From positions 1-57,183 of the forward strand of contig PMVV01000438.1 in the NCBI GenBank assembly GCA_003166475.1: DNA of 57,183 nucleotides. Direction: 5' to 3'. Positions within the stretch are counted from its first letter, which is position 1, and each line of letters opens with the position of its first letter. The position numbers and the translations under genes were made by a program. The DNA is from Bryobacterales bacterium (GTDB lineage Bacteria > Acidobacteriota > Terriglobia > Bryobacterales > Bryobacteraceae). This document shows, piece by piece, positions 1-9,042 of this stretch. The notes under the pieces were generated by a model. That model did no database searches and was not told the DNA's origin. It saw only the letters and a list, made by a program, of their open reading frames with translations.

Positions 1-816
1 GCTCTTGATGCGCGCCAGCGCCCCGATCATACGCGAGTTGCCGAGGCAGTAACCCACGCGCCAGCCGGCCATGTTGTAACTCTTGGACATGGAGAAGATC
101 TCGACGGCCACTTCCTTGGCGCCTTCCACCTGCAGGATGCTGGGCGGCTTGTAGCCATCGAAGCCCAGGTCGGCATAGGCGAAATCGTGGACCACCAGCG
201 TGCCGTGGCGGCTGGCCATGGCGACGATTTCGCGGAAGAAATCGAGTTCCACGCAGGTGGTGGTGGGGTTGTGGGGAAACGAGATCAGGATCAGCTTGGG
301 TGGGCGCGTGGAGGTGCGGTACAGGTCTTCGAGGCGGTTCAGGAATTCCGCTGGACTGGGCAGGGGAAGCAGGCAGGCGTGGCCCTCGGCCATGATTACG
401 CCGTATTGATGGATGGGGTAGGCCGGATTCGGCGAGACCACCACATCGCCCGGTCCGACCACGGCGAAGAGCAGATGCGCGAGGGCGTCCTTGGCGCCGA
501 TGGTGACGATGGCTTCCTTATCGGGATCGAGGTCGACGCCGTAGTTGGTTTGGTAGCGCCGGGTGATTTCCTCGCGCAGGCGGGGGATGCCGCGGGAAGC
601 CGAATAACGGTGGTTGCGGGCGTTGCGGGCGGCTTCCACCATTTTGCTGACGACCACGCGCGGGGTGGCGCCATCGGGATTGCCCATGCCCAGGTCGATG
701 ACGTCCTGCTGCGCGGCGCGCGCTGTCGCCCGCATTTCGTTGATCACGGCAAACACGTAAGGAGGTAGCTTTTGAATCCTGTAAAACTCTTCGGTACTTT
801 GAGCCATTCTTTCCAT
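1..816 (-). CDS. Class I/II PLP-dependent aminotransferase (3-prime end runs off the window)
   Basis: Not in the ORF track because there is no stop inside the window. My reverse-complement translation is open from ATG 816 (alternative 807) to base 1: MERMAQSTEEFYRIQKLPPYVF...SPNPAYPIH...FPHNPTT...FSMSKSYNMAGWRVGY. This includes the SxSK PLP-lysine motif. Confidence 0.85.
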   Translation of the reverse strand, partial: MERMAQSTEEFYRIQKLPPYVFAVINEMRATARAAQQDVIDLGMGNPDGATPRVVVSKMVEAARNARNHRYSASRGIPRLREEITRRYQTNYGVDLDPDKEAIVTIGAKDALAHLLFAVVGPGDVVVSPNPAYPIHQYGVIMAEGHACLLPLPSPAEFLNRLEDLYRTSTRPPKLILISFPHNPTTTCVELDFFREIVAMASRHGTLVVHDFAYADLGFDGYKPPSILQVEGAKEVAVEIFSMSKSYNMAGWRVGYCLGNSRMIGALARIKS

Positions 817-875
817 TCTACGCCGGGCGGCGGTTTGGCACGGGGCGGGGAACCGCTCCCTGACGGTCGCGGCTC

Positions 876-983
876 GGTAAGCGGCGGTGGCGCGGTAAGC
901 GGCGGTGGCGCGGTGGCCGGTTGCGGCGCGGTAAGCGGCGGTGGGGCGGTAGCCGGCAGTGGGGCGGTAGCCGGTCGCGGGTC
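876..983. repeat. Six imperfect tandem copies of an 18-bp unit (GGTAAGCGGCGGTGGCGC; the first two are identical)
   Basis: Units read at 876, 894, 912, 930, 948 and 966. They lie between the divergent aminotransferase and methyltransferase genes. The rare GTA codons in the only open frame argue that this stretch is non-coding. Confidence 0.8.
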
Positions 984-1041
984 GGGGACAGGGTCCGCGA
1001 CGGCGTATGGGCAATACATCCTCAACACGGATGAGGGGATC

Positions 1042-1641
1042 GTGGGCCAGATCGAAATGGTATGGGGCAGATTCTGGTATGAATCGAGATTTCAGGGCAA
1101 GCAGCCGGTCGCCGACGTGGGGCCGGGCCGCTGCTGGTTCACCCGGCAGAACCCGAGCGGCATCGTGGCCATCGACAATGCGCCGGATCTGGTGGAGCAT
1201 TACGCCGCGCAACAGCTTCAGATCACGCTGGGCAGCGCTTACGAGATCCCTTTCCCCGACGCTTATTTCGAAGGCGTATTCTGCTGCTGGCTGCTGGAGC
1301 ATTTGCCCGATCCCGCGCGCGCCATGGTGGAGTTTCATCGCGTGCTGAAACCCGGTGGCCTGTGTACGGTTGTGGTCCCGACGCCGGTGGACATGGTCAG
1401 GTTTTATGAGGACTACACACACATTCGTCCTTTCACGGTACCCTCGCTGCGGCAGTTGGCGGCCGCCGGCGGCTTCACGCGGGCGCGCACGGAGAACCTG
1501 CCTTGGACTCGCGGCATGCGTTACATCTACGGCCGCTTGGGCGCGCAGGCCAGCTACCGCTACATGCTTTTCGGCGATCGCTATTTGCGGCGGCTGGGGA
1601 TGCGGAACCGGGCCCACCTGGTGCTGGATGCGTGGAAGTGA
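1042..1641 (+). CDS. Class I SAM-dependent methyltransferase (start uncertain: GTG 1042 or ATG 1057)
   Basis: C-terminal part of ORF 772..1641. Motif I-like VADVGPGRCW and motif LLEHLPDP...VLKPGG are typical of the Methyltransf_11/25 fold. The upstream part of the ORF is the tandem repeat and overlaps the opposite gene. Confidence 0.7.
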   Translation: MGQIEMVWGRFWYESRFQGKQPVADVGPGRCWFTRQNPSGIVAIDNAPDLVEHYAAQQLQITLGSAYEIPFPDAYFEGVFCCWLLEHLPDPARAMVEFHRVLKPGGLCTVVVPTPVDMVRFYEDYTHIRPFTVPSLRQLAAAGGFTRARTENLPWTRGMRYIYGRLGAQASYRYMLFGDRYLRRLGMRNRAHLVLDAWK

Positions 1642-1653
1642 GTTTGATGGCGA

Positions 1654-1700
1654 GGCTGAAGCCCCGCGCACTGAAAGGCCGCCCTGCGTTAGATTATATT
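1654..1700. repeat. REP-like palindromic repeat, copy A (GGCTGAAGCCCCGCGC...GGCCGCCCT...)
   Basis: Shares an identical 16-mer and a similar about 30-nt tail with copy B at 2330. It contains the hairpin GGCT-GA-AGCC. Confidence 0.6.
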
Positions 1701-1724
1701 TAGATATAACGCGTAATCGAGATC

Positions 1725-1985
1725 GTGATGCACACAACAAGTCTGCGGAAGGTGGGCGGCTCGGTCATGCTGGCGGTTCCGCCCGCGCTGCTCGATATCC
1801 TGCGTCTCCGGCCGGGAGCCAAGGTGGGCATCGCGGTCGAGAGTGGGCGGCTGGTCGTGGCGCCGCAGAGGCGGCCCCGCTATACGTTGGACGAACTTCT
1901 GGCCCAATGCAACCCCAAAGCTGCGCGCAGCAAGGAAGAGCGCGAATGGCTCGGCAACAGAACCACAGGCGGCGAGTTGCTCTGA
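1725..1985 (+). CDS. mazE: AbrB/MazE (SpoVT-AbrB fold) type II antitoxin
   Basis: 86 aa. The N-terminus LRKVGGSVMLAVPPALLDILRLRPGAKVGI is a typical looped-hinge-helix antitoxin. It overlaps the downstream toxin gene. Confidence 0.8.
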   Translation: MMHTTSLRKVGGSVMLAVPPALLDILRLRPGAKVGIAVESGRLVVAPQRRPRYTLDELLAQCNPKAARSKEEREWLGNRTTGGELL

Positions 1986-2317
1986 TAAAGCGGGGCGAAA
2001 TCTGGTTGGTGGGGCTTGATCCGACCGAGGGACACGAGCAAAAGGGACGCTGGCCGGTCCTGATCGTGTCGCCGGAGGCGTTCAACCGGACGACCAAAGT
2101 GCCCGTTGTTCTCCCGATCACCAGCGGCGGGAATTTCGCGCGGACGGCCGGGTTTGCCGTGCCGCTAACGGGCGCGGGGACCAAAACGGCAGGCATCGTC
2201 CGGTGCGACCAGGCGCGGGCGCTCGATGTTGGCGCGCGCAATGGCAGAAAGTTGGAAAGCGTTCCCGAGGCGATCATGGACGAAGTCCTGGCGAGGGTTG
2301 CGGCGATTTTTGAGTAG
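1946..2317 (+). CDS. mazF: MazF/PemK-family endoribonuclease toxin
   Basis: In-frame ATG at 1946 within ORF 1355..2317. The sequence IKRGEIWLVGLDPTEGHEQKGRWPVLIVSP...LPITS...VRCDQARALD matches the PemK/MazF pattern. There is a 40-nt overlap with the antitoxin. Confidence 0.8.
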   Translation: MARQQNHRRRVALIKRGEIWLVGLDPTEGHEQKGRWPVLIVSPEAFNRTTKVPVVLPITSGGNFARTAGFAVPLTGAGTKTAGIVRCDQARALDVGARNGRKLESVPEAIMDEVLARVAAIFE

Positions 2318-2329
2318 ACGGCAGAGCGG

Positions 2330-2378
2330 GGCTGAAGCCCCGCGCGGGCTCAAGCCCGCCCTCCAAAGGTAGTATAGG
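2330..2378. repeat. REP-like palindromic repeat, copy B
   Basis: GGCTGAAGCCCCGCGC GGGCTCAAGCCCGCCCTCC AAAGGTAGTATAGG. This is a direct repeat of copy A and is related to copy C at 10926. Confidence 0.6.
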
Positions 2379-2479
2379 TTTGCGCTGCACGGGTCCGGTC
2401 TGATACTATCTAGGTGGCAGAGCGGAATCCTTCCCTTGAAGTGCCACAAATCCAACCAACGGAGTAAACGAATCACTGA

Positions 2480-2860
2480 ATGAATTTCACTGTTTTTTTA
2501 GGCAACCTGCCCACGTGGGTCACTGCCGACGATATTAAAGCGTGGCTGACGGCCGAGAATCTGGTCGCGGATTCGGTTAAAGTGATCCGCAACCACGAAA
2601 CGCAAGAATCCAAGGGCTTCGCATTTGTGGAAGCGCCTACCACCGACGAGATGCAGGCGATCATCCGCCGCTTCGATCGGGCGCCTCTGGAAGACCGGCT
2701 GTTGCGGGCCAATCCGGCGCAGCCTTCCAAGGGTAAAGACAGCAAACCGGCGACGACGATGGAGCGTCCCGTACAGCAGCGCAACGGCCGCAAGCCGCGG
2801 CGCGGCAAAGATGCAGCTCCCAAGACCGCCTTTGGCGCCGAGCTGGCCAAGGCATTATAA
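2480..2860 (+). CDS. RRM-domain RNA-binding protein with a basic C-terminal tail
   Basis: RNP-2 VFLGNL and RNP-1 KGFAFVE are present. The protein is 126 aa. Confidence 0.85.
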   Translation: MNFTVFLGNLPTWVTADDIKAWLTAENLVADSVKVIRNHETQESKGFAFVEAPTTDEMQAIIRRFDRAPLEDRLLRANPAQPSKGKDSKPATTMERPVQQRNGRKPRRGKDAAPKTAFGAELAKAL

Positions 2861-2988
2861 AACGGGCAGCGTTTGCCCACCATAACGGGTCCTCCCACAC
2901 CTGTGAAGTATAGTCACAGCCCTCATTCCTTTAAGTTGTTCCATTGCAGCAACTTCCTTTTGGCCAATCACCTGCATCGCTCCCGACC

Positions 2989-4245
2989 ATGAGATTCGTC
3001 TGGCTCGCCTCGATTTTATGGAGCAGCCTGCTCCTGGCCGGGACTCCGGAACAGGAGATGAACGTCAACACACGCTACACGGTGGAGAGCGTGGAGGTGG
3101 CCGGCGACAATCCGGCCGGCATCAGCACGGGCCTGCGCGGCGAGCTGACGCGACTGGTGGGCGCCAAGCTGAATCCGGCCACGCTCGACGATCTGGCGAC
3201 GCGCATCCGGCGCGAGTTGCACGTGCGGGCAGTTACGCATCGCCTGCTGCGCGGGCAGACGCCGGAACACGTGCGGGTGGTGTTTGTGGTGCGCGGGACG
3301 CCGGCGAAATTCGAGGCGTCGGTACCGAAGCTTGTCTACCGCTCCGACGGGGGCTTTTCCGGACTGGCGGAAGGCACTGCCACGGTGGGATCGCAGGCGT
3401 TCACGTTGGGCGGGGTGAGCGACGGCGACGATCTGGCGGAGCGCTATACCGGGATCGTGGCGCGCTACGAGGACAAGCGCCTGGCGAGCGATCGCGTGCG
3501 GTTCCGGGTGGATTTTGCGAGCTATCACGAGCAGTGGAACCAGGCTACCGCGAATGCCCTGGATCAAGCCGGCGCGGAGAGCGACACTTCCGGGATGTAC
3601 CGGACCCGGCAGAATATCGAACCGCTGGTGACGTTCGTGCTCGCCAGAAGCGGTTCGGGGCTCGTGAACCTTACCGTGGGCACCAGTTTTGAACGATTTC
3701 AATCGCAGTTTCCGGCCGCGCGGACGGAGTCCGCCAACGCGATGGTGACTACTCTGCGCTATCATCGGCGCGTGGAGGGTTCCGACGCCAACCAGCAAGA
3801 ATGGGACGCAGGTTACAGCCTGCGCGCGGCCACCAATCTTCTAGGCAGCGATTTCGCCTATGCCCGTCACCTGGGAGACGCGCACTACGTCTACTCCTGG
3901 GGACATAGCCAGTTTGTGGACGATCTGACGGGCGGGGCCATCACCGGGCGCGCGCCGCTTTTCGAACGCTTTATACTGGGTAACAGCACCTTGCTCCGCG
4001 GGTGGAACCGATTTGAGCTGGATCCGCTGGGCGGGGACCGAATGGTGGCCAACACCGCGGAGTACCGGTACCGGCTCTTCGACGTTTTCTACGATTGTGG
4101 GGCAATATGGGACCAGGGCCAGACGGTGGTGTTGCGGCATTCGGCGGGTGTGGGCATCCGGCAGAACGGGATGTACGCGGCGTTGGCATTTCCGATCAAG
4201 GAAGGCCATATTGAACCGGTTTTCATGGTGGGCATGAACTATTGA
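2989..4245 (+). CDS. Omp85/BamA-family (surface antigen D15) outer-membrane protein
   Basis: ORF 2944..4245. The likely start is ATG 2989 (MRFVWLASILWSSLLLAG signal peptide). It has a POTRA-like N-terminus and a beta-barrel C-terminus ending LGNSTLLRGW...GVGIR...VGMNY. Confidence 0.7.
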   Translation: MRFVWLASILWSSLLLAGTPEQEMNVNTRYTVESVEVAGDNPAGISTGLRGELTRLVGAKLNPATLDDLATRIRRELHVRAVTHRLLRGQTPEHVRVVFVVRGTPAKFEASVPKLVYRSDGGFSGLAEGTATVGSQAFTLGGVSDGDDLAERYTGIVARYEDKRLASDRVRFRVDFASYHEQWNQATANALDQAGAESDTSGMYRTRQNIEPLVTFVLARSGSGLVNLTVGTSFERFQSQFPAARTESANAMVTTLRYHRRVEGSDANQQEWDAGYSLRAATNLLGSDFAYARHLGDAHYVYSWGHSQFVDDLTGGAITGRAPLFERFILGNSTLLRGWNRFELDPLGGDRMVANTAEYRYRLFDVFYDCGAIWDQGQTVVLRHSAGVGIRQNGMYAALAFPIKEGHIEPVFMVGMNY

Positions 4246-4899
4246 ATGGCGCAAGCCGGAGCGGACAGACTGAGCCGCGACCGTAAGGAAGCGGTATCGA
4301 TCAGCCGACGGCGCTGGCTTCTGGCCGGTGTGGCTATACCTCTGTCTTGCCTGGGGGCAGCCGAGCGCCTGAGCGTCACCTGGGATGGCGACGATCTGCA
4401 CGTGGCCGCGCCGCAACTGCATTTCCTGGCCGGCAAGCCGCTGGATCGCCTGCGAGACGGCGCGGCGGTGGTGTTCCTGACGCAGTTGACCCTCACCACC
4501 GACAACTTTACGACCAGCCTTCGGCGGACGCCCGAGCGTTTCGTATTCAGCTACGACCTGTGGGAAGAGAAATTCTCAGTGACGAAGCTGGGCGAAGGGC
4601 AGCGGACGGTCGCGCACCTGTCGGCGACGGCGGCGGAGGCCTGGTGCCTGGACAACGTGGCCATCAGCGCCACGGGCCTGCCGCAGGACCGTCCCTTCTG
4701 GTTGCGCTTCGAACTGCGCACGGCCGAACCGAAGGACGAAGCCGCGGTGATCGGGGAGAGCGGCCTGAACCTGACACGGCTCATCGAGATCTTCAGCCGG
4801 CGTCCGCGCGACCAGCAGCCGCAGTGGAACGCGGACGCCGGACCGCTGCGCCTGGGCGATCTGAAGAGGCTGGTGGGCCGCGCCGCGCGAACGCTGTGA
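4246..4899 (+). CDS. Hypothetical exported protein (RRRWLL twin-arginine-like signal)
   Basis: 217 aa. The ATG directly abuts the upstream stop, and its own stop overlaps the kinase GTG (GTGA). I recognise no family. Confidence 0.55.
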   Translation: MAQAGADRLSRDRKEAVSISRRRWLLAGVAIPLSCLGAAERLSVTWDGDDLHVAAPQLHFLAGKPLDRLRDGAAVVFLTQLTLTTDNFTTSLRRTPERFVFSYDLWEEKFSVTKLGEGQRTVAHLSATAAEAWCLDNVAISATGLPQDRPFWLRFELRTAEPKDEAAVIGESGLNLTRLIEIFSRRPRDQQPQWNADAGPLRLGDLKRLVGRAARTL

Positions 4900-6311
4900 A
4901 CCGGCTACGCAACAGGCTGATCGGGATCTTTCTGGCGGCTACTCTAGTGCCGCTAGCCGCCACGCTCTGGATTACAACTTCCCTGCTGGATCGCAGCCTG
5001 AGCTATGCCTCCACAGGGGAACTGGACCGGCTGTCGCGCTCGCTGCAAAAGACCGGCAAAGAGTTGTACCAGCGCGCCTGCGACGCTCTGAAAAACGATG
5101 CGCTGGGCGGACGTGTGGAACCGCTGCGTTACGGCGCGGGCCGGCAGGGCGGGTGGCCGGCGCCGGTGAAGACGTTCTTCGACAGCGGCGACGCCGAACG
5201 TTTCGTCATTTCCGGAAGCGGCGGGGACCGGATCGAATACCTGGCGCGGCGCGGCGATGAGGTATGGCAATGGTCCACCAGCCTGGGCGGCGTGGGTCTG
5301 GACGATCTTTCGCGCGAGATCCGCAGCGCGCGGGAAATCGTGGAAAAGCGGCAATCGCGCGATCTGCTGCGCGGGTTCACGTACACTTATGTGCTGCTGG
5401 CGGCTTCGGTGTGGATCGCATCGCTGGTGCTGCTGGTATATCTGGCGCATCGCATCAGCCGCCCCATACAACAACTGACGGCGGGCCTCGCGCAACTGGC
5501 GGCAGGGGACCTGGCCACGCGCGTGGAAGCGCGCCGCGACGACGAGGTGGGCCGTGCCATGCGCGCCTTCAACGACATGGCGGAGCGCCTGCAGCGCTCG
5601 ACCGAACGCCTGGTATACCTGACGCAACTGGCAAGCTGGCGGACTCTGGCGCGCAAGATGGCGCACGAGGTGAAGAACTCGCTGACGCCCATCCGGCTCA
5701 CCGTGGAGGAGATGCTGGCGCGTTCGGGCGATAGCGACCGCGCGTTCATGGAACAGGCCGCGCAGATCGTGGTGGAAGAGGTGGAGAGCCTGGAACGCCG
5801 CGTGCGTGCGTTCTCGCAATTCGCCGCCGAGCCCGCGGTCGAGCCCGTGCCGCTGGATCTGAATGCGCTGCTGGAAGAGCGCATCGCTTTTTTGAAGAGC
5901 GGGCATCCTGAACTGAGCTACGACCTGCGCCTGGACGCCAGCCATCCCACCGCGCTGGCCGATCAGGATCTGGTGAAAGGCATTCTGACGAACCTGCTGG
6001 AAAACGCCGCGGAAGCCGCGGGCGCGGGCGGGCGCATTCTGGGCATTACCGCGGTGCACAACGGCCACGCGCTGGTGGAAGTACACGATTCCGGCCCGGG
6101 CCTGAGCGAACAGATTCGGCAATCCTTGTTTCAGCCTTCCATTTCGTTCAAGAAGGGCGGTATGGGACTGGGGCTTTCGATCTCCCGTAAGGGCGCCCTG
6201 CTGACGGGCGGCGATATCGTGCTGGTGAAAGGAGAACTGGGCGGCGCCGCATTCCGCGTGCTGCTGCCCGTCGAGCGAAATGGCATCCAAGCGCATTCTG
6301 ATCGTGGATGA
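4896..6311 (+). CDS. HAMP-domain sensor histidine kinase (NtrY-like)
   Basis: GTG 4896 lies in frame within ORF 4347..6311. It has two TM segments, a HAMP domain, the H-box MAHEVKNSLTPI, the N-box NLLENAAEA, G1 DSGPG and G2 GMGLGLS. Confidence 0.85.
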   Translation: MNRLRNRLIGIFLAATLVPLAATLWITTSLLDRSLSYASTGELDRLSRSLQKTGKELYQRACDALKNDALGGRVEPLRYGAGRQGGWPAPVKTFFDSGDAERFVISGSGGDRIEYLARRGDEVWQWSTSLGGVGLDDLSREIRSAREIVEKRQSRDLLRGFTYTYVLLAASVWIASLVLLVYLAHRISRPIQQLTAGLAQLAAGDLATRVEARRDDEVGRAMRAFNDMAERLQRSTERLVYLTQLASWRTLARKMAHEVKNSLTPIRLTVEEMLARSGDSDRAFMEQAAQIVVEEVESLERRVRAFSQFAAEPAVEPVPLDLNALLEERIAFLKSGHPELSYDLRLDASHPTALADQDLVKGILTNLLENAAEAAGAGGRILGITAVHNGHALVEVHDSGPGLSEQIRQSLFQPSISFKKGGMGLGLSISRKGALLTGGDIVLVKGELGGAAFRVLLPVERNGIQAHSDRG

Positions 6312-7626
6312 CGAAGAGAATATCGGCCGCTCGCTGCGTCTGATCCTGGAGCGCGAGGGCTACTCGATCGCGGTTTGCCGATCCATGCGGGAGTTTCGCG
6401 CGCATCCGGATGTGGAGCGCGCCGACGCGTTCCTGTTCGACGTGCGCCTGCCGGACGGCAGCGGCATCGACCTGCTGCGCTCGGTGCGGCAGAACGGCAA
6501 TCCCGCGCCCGCGGTGATGATCTCGGGGCACGGCACCATCGCGGACGCGGTGGAGGCTACGCGCGCCGGCGCCTTCGATTTTCTGGAGAAGCCGCTGAGC
6601 CGCGATAAGGTGCTGCTGGCCATCAAGAACGCTTTGGAGCACTCCAGCCTGCGCGCGGAAAACGAGCGGCTGCGGGAGTTGGTGGGGGTCAGTCCGAAGA
6701 TGATCGGCTCCAGCCCGGCGTTTCAGCGCGCCGTGGAGCAGGCCAGCATGGCGGCGCGCTCGGATGCGCGCGTGCTGCTGATCGGCGAATCGGGCTCGGG
6801 CAAGGAACTGCTGGCGGCGCACATCCATCAGAACAGCCCGTTCGCCGCGGGACCGTTTGTGAAGGTGAATTGCGCGGCGATCCCGACGGAATTGATCGAA
6901 ACCGAATTGTTCGGCCACGAGAAGGGCGCGTTCACCGGCGCGGCCGGGGCGCGGCGCGGCAAGTTCGAGCTGGCCGACAGCGGCACGATATTCCTGGACG
7001 AAGTGGGCGATCTGCACGGGGCATCGCAGGCCAAGCTGCTGCGCGTACTGCAAGAGGGCGAATTCCACCGGGTGGGCGGCGAGCAGACCATTCGCGTGGC
7101 GGTGCGCGTGGTTTCGGCGACCAACCGCGATCTGAGCGCGCTGGTGGCGCAGGCGAAGTTTCGCGAGGACCTGTATTACCGGCTGAGCGTGGTGCCCATC
7201 CGGGTGCCGTCGCTGCGCGAGCGGCCGCAGGATATCAAGCTGCTGGCCGAGTATTTCCTGGACGATTTCTGCGCGCGCAACAATTTCAAACAGAAAAAGC
7301 TGGACGATTCGGTTTACCCGATTCTGGAGAGCTACCCGTGGCCGGGCAATGCGCGGGAGCTGCGCAACGCCATCGAGCGCATGGCCATTCTGACGGCGGG
7401 CGAGCGGCTGACGCGCGAGGCGATCCCGGTGGAGATTCGGGTGCAGCGGGAGCCGGGGCCGCGGTCGAGCGTGCAAGAGGCGCGGGAATCGGCGGAGCGC
7501 GATCATATTCTGCGGGCGCTGGAGGAGGCGAATTGGAACGTGTCGGGGGCGGCGCGGGCGCTGGGGATGGAGCGGACGAATTTGCATAAGCGGATTCGGG
7601 CGCTGGGGTTGAGCAGGGGGAAGTAG
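6280..7626 (+). CDS. Sigma-54-dependent response regulator (NtrC/NtrX family)
   Basis: REC domain with ILIVDDE and FLFDVRLPDGSG. AAA+ domain with GESGSGKE, GAFTGA and ESELFGHEKG-like motifs. C-terminal Fis-type HTH. It overlaps the kinase by 32 nt. Confidence 0.9.
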   Translation: MASKRILIVDDEENIGRSLRLILEREGYSIAVCRSMREFRAHPDVERADAFLFDVRLPDGSGIDLLRSVRQNGNPAPAVMISGHGTIADAVEATRAGAFDFLEKPLSRDKVLLAIKNALEHSSLRAENERLRELVGVSPKMIGSSPAFQRAVEQASMAARSDARVLLIGESGSGKELLAAHIHQNSPFAAGPFVKVNCAAIPTELIETELFGHEKGAFTGAAGARRGKFELADSGTIFLDEVGDLHGASQAKLLRVLQEGEFHRVGGEQTIRVAVRVVSATNRDLSALVAQAKFREDLYYRLSVVPIRVPSLRERPQDIKLLAEYFLDDFCARNNFKQKKLDDSVYPILESYPWPGNARELRNAIERMAILTAGERLTREAIPVEIRVQREPGPRSSVQEARESAERDHILRALEEANWNVSGAARALGMERTNLHKRIRALGLSRGK

Positions 7627-7750
7627 GGGGGAGGCCGCCGTTTCGGCCGGCTTGAGATAGGGCCTTCTTTGACCCTCGCGGGAGGCGCCGTGTTGTAAGC
7701 TGGGAAAGGCTGCACCCTGCAGTTGTCGGCAGAGGGCAAAGGGCATTCCA

Positions 7751-9037
7751 ATGGCACGGATCGAAGGCATCCGCATACACAACTTCCGGGCTTTACGCGA
7801 CGTAACTCTGGGTAGGGTTTGGAGTCAACAGAAGCCCGAACCACTCACGCCGATGACCGCGGTCATCGGGAAGAACGGCTCTGGAAAGAGCACCCTGTTT
7901 GACGCGTTTGGCTTTTTGGCAGATTGCCTCAGAACAGGGGTAGAAGAGGCATTCGACGCACGCGGGCGAGGCGGCTTCGGCCGGGTTAAGTCGCAGGGCT
8001 CCGAAGGACCAATCGCGTTTGAGGTCTACTACAAAGAAGAGGGGAACGCTCGTCCGATCACGTACGAACTCTCGATTGATCGGGATGCATCTGGCCGTCC
8101 TTATGTGGTGCGGGAGAGGCTGCGACAGAGACGCAAGGGACAGAAGCACGGCTGGCCGTTCTCTTTCCTAATACTTAATGAGGGAAAGGGGGTTGCGTGG
8201 AGGGGTGAGACGGAAGGACAGCAGATCGAAGAAGGCCAACTTGATCTCCTCCATCTGATGGAGACCGTCAAACATACTCAGGATAAGGAAGAAAGCAGAG
8301 AAACCGAAGTCGTGGAGCTCGATGATAAACGAAAGCTTGGGATTGCGACGCTGGGATCGTTGAAGCAGCATCCGCGCGTTTCTGCGTTCAGGCGCTTCAT
8401 AGAAGGCTGGTACCTAAGCTATTTCAATCCCGATGCCGCTCGAAGCCTCCCGCTGGCCGGACCCCAGAAGCACTTGAACGTTCATGGAGACAACCTGGGG
8501 AATGTCGTGCAGTTCATGGAGCGGGAGTACCCTAAGCAGTTTCGCGCGATCCTTGAGCGCATTGCCGCGAAGATCCCTGGAATTACCAGAATAGATACGG
8601 AGAGAACGCCCGATGGGAGATTGCTTCTTCGTTTCAACGATAGAGGGTTCCAAGATCCCTTCTACGCCCAACAGATGTCTGACGGAACGCTGAAGATATT
8701 TGCGTACCTTCTGCTCCTGGAGGACCCCACACCACCGCCGTTCTTGTGTGTAGAAGAGCCGGAAAATGGCTTGTACCACAAGCTGCTGGAAACTCTCGCC
8801 AAGGAATTGCGTGAGCATGCTACCGGCCGGAAATCCGGATCGCAGGTATTTGTTACCACTCATCAGCCGTATTTCGTCGATGCCCTGTCCCCAGCAGAGG
8901 TTTGGATTCTGGAGAAGGCGGCGGACGGATTCGCCGTGATCAGGCGAGCGAGTGACGATGCGACCGTAGATAATATGGTGAAGGAAGGGCTGCCGCTGGG
9001 CGGGCTATGGTATAGCGACTATCTGGACGCGAGGTGA
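7751..9037 (+). CDS. ABC/SMC-type (AAA_15/AAA_21-like) ATPase
   Basis: Walker A GKNGSGKST, signature-like MSDGTLK, Walker B FLCVEEPENGLH and H-loop VTTHQP. A long insert sits between Walker A and the signature. GC is lower than in the flanks. Confidence 0.85.
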   Translation: MARIEGIRIHNFRALRDVTLGRVWSQQKPEPLTPMTAVIGKNGSGKSTLFDAFGFLADCLRTGVEEAFDARGRGGFGRVKSQGSEGPIAFEVYYKEEGNARPITYELSIDRDASGRPYVVRERLRQRRKGQKHGWPFSFLILNEGKGVAWRGETEGQQIEEGQLDLLHLMETVKHTQDKEESRETEVVELDDKRKLGIATLGSLKQHPRVSAFRRFIEGWYLSYFNPDAARSLPLAGPQKHLNVHGDNLGNVVQFMEREYPKQFRAILERIAAKIPGITRIDTERTPDGRLLLRFNDRGFQDPFYAQQMSDGTLKIFAYLLLLEDPTPPPFLCVEEPENGLYHKLLETLAKELREHATGRKSGSQVFVTTHQPYFVDALSPAEVWILEKAADGFAVIRRASDDATVDNMVKEGLPLGGLWYSDYLDAR

Positions 9038-9042
9038 GCGTA

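Noticed and set aside
876-983. The tandem repeat considered as a CRISPR array.
   Set aside because: The units are contiguous with no spacers, are only 18 bp long, and are degenerate. No cas genes are present.
772-1041. (GGGAVS)n N-terminal extension of the methyltransferase, and the antisense (TAPPPL)n ORF 744..1028.
   Set aside because: Both are translations of the 18-bp tandem repeat. The extension would overlap the aminotransferase start and uses rare GTA codons.
4347-4895. N-terminal 183 codons of ORF 4347..6311, as an extension of the kinase.
   Set aside because: This stretch overlaps the 4246..4899 gene in another frame and reads as Arg/Gly/Ala noise. GTG 4896 gives a normal TM-HAMP-kinase protein coupled to the upstream stop.
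6148-7782. 544-aa minus-strand ORF, and similarly 10930..12426 on the minus strand.
   Set aside because: They are antisense to the NtrC-family regulator and to the acyl-CoA synthetase respectively. Both of those have unambiguous motifs.
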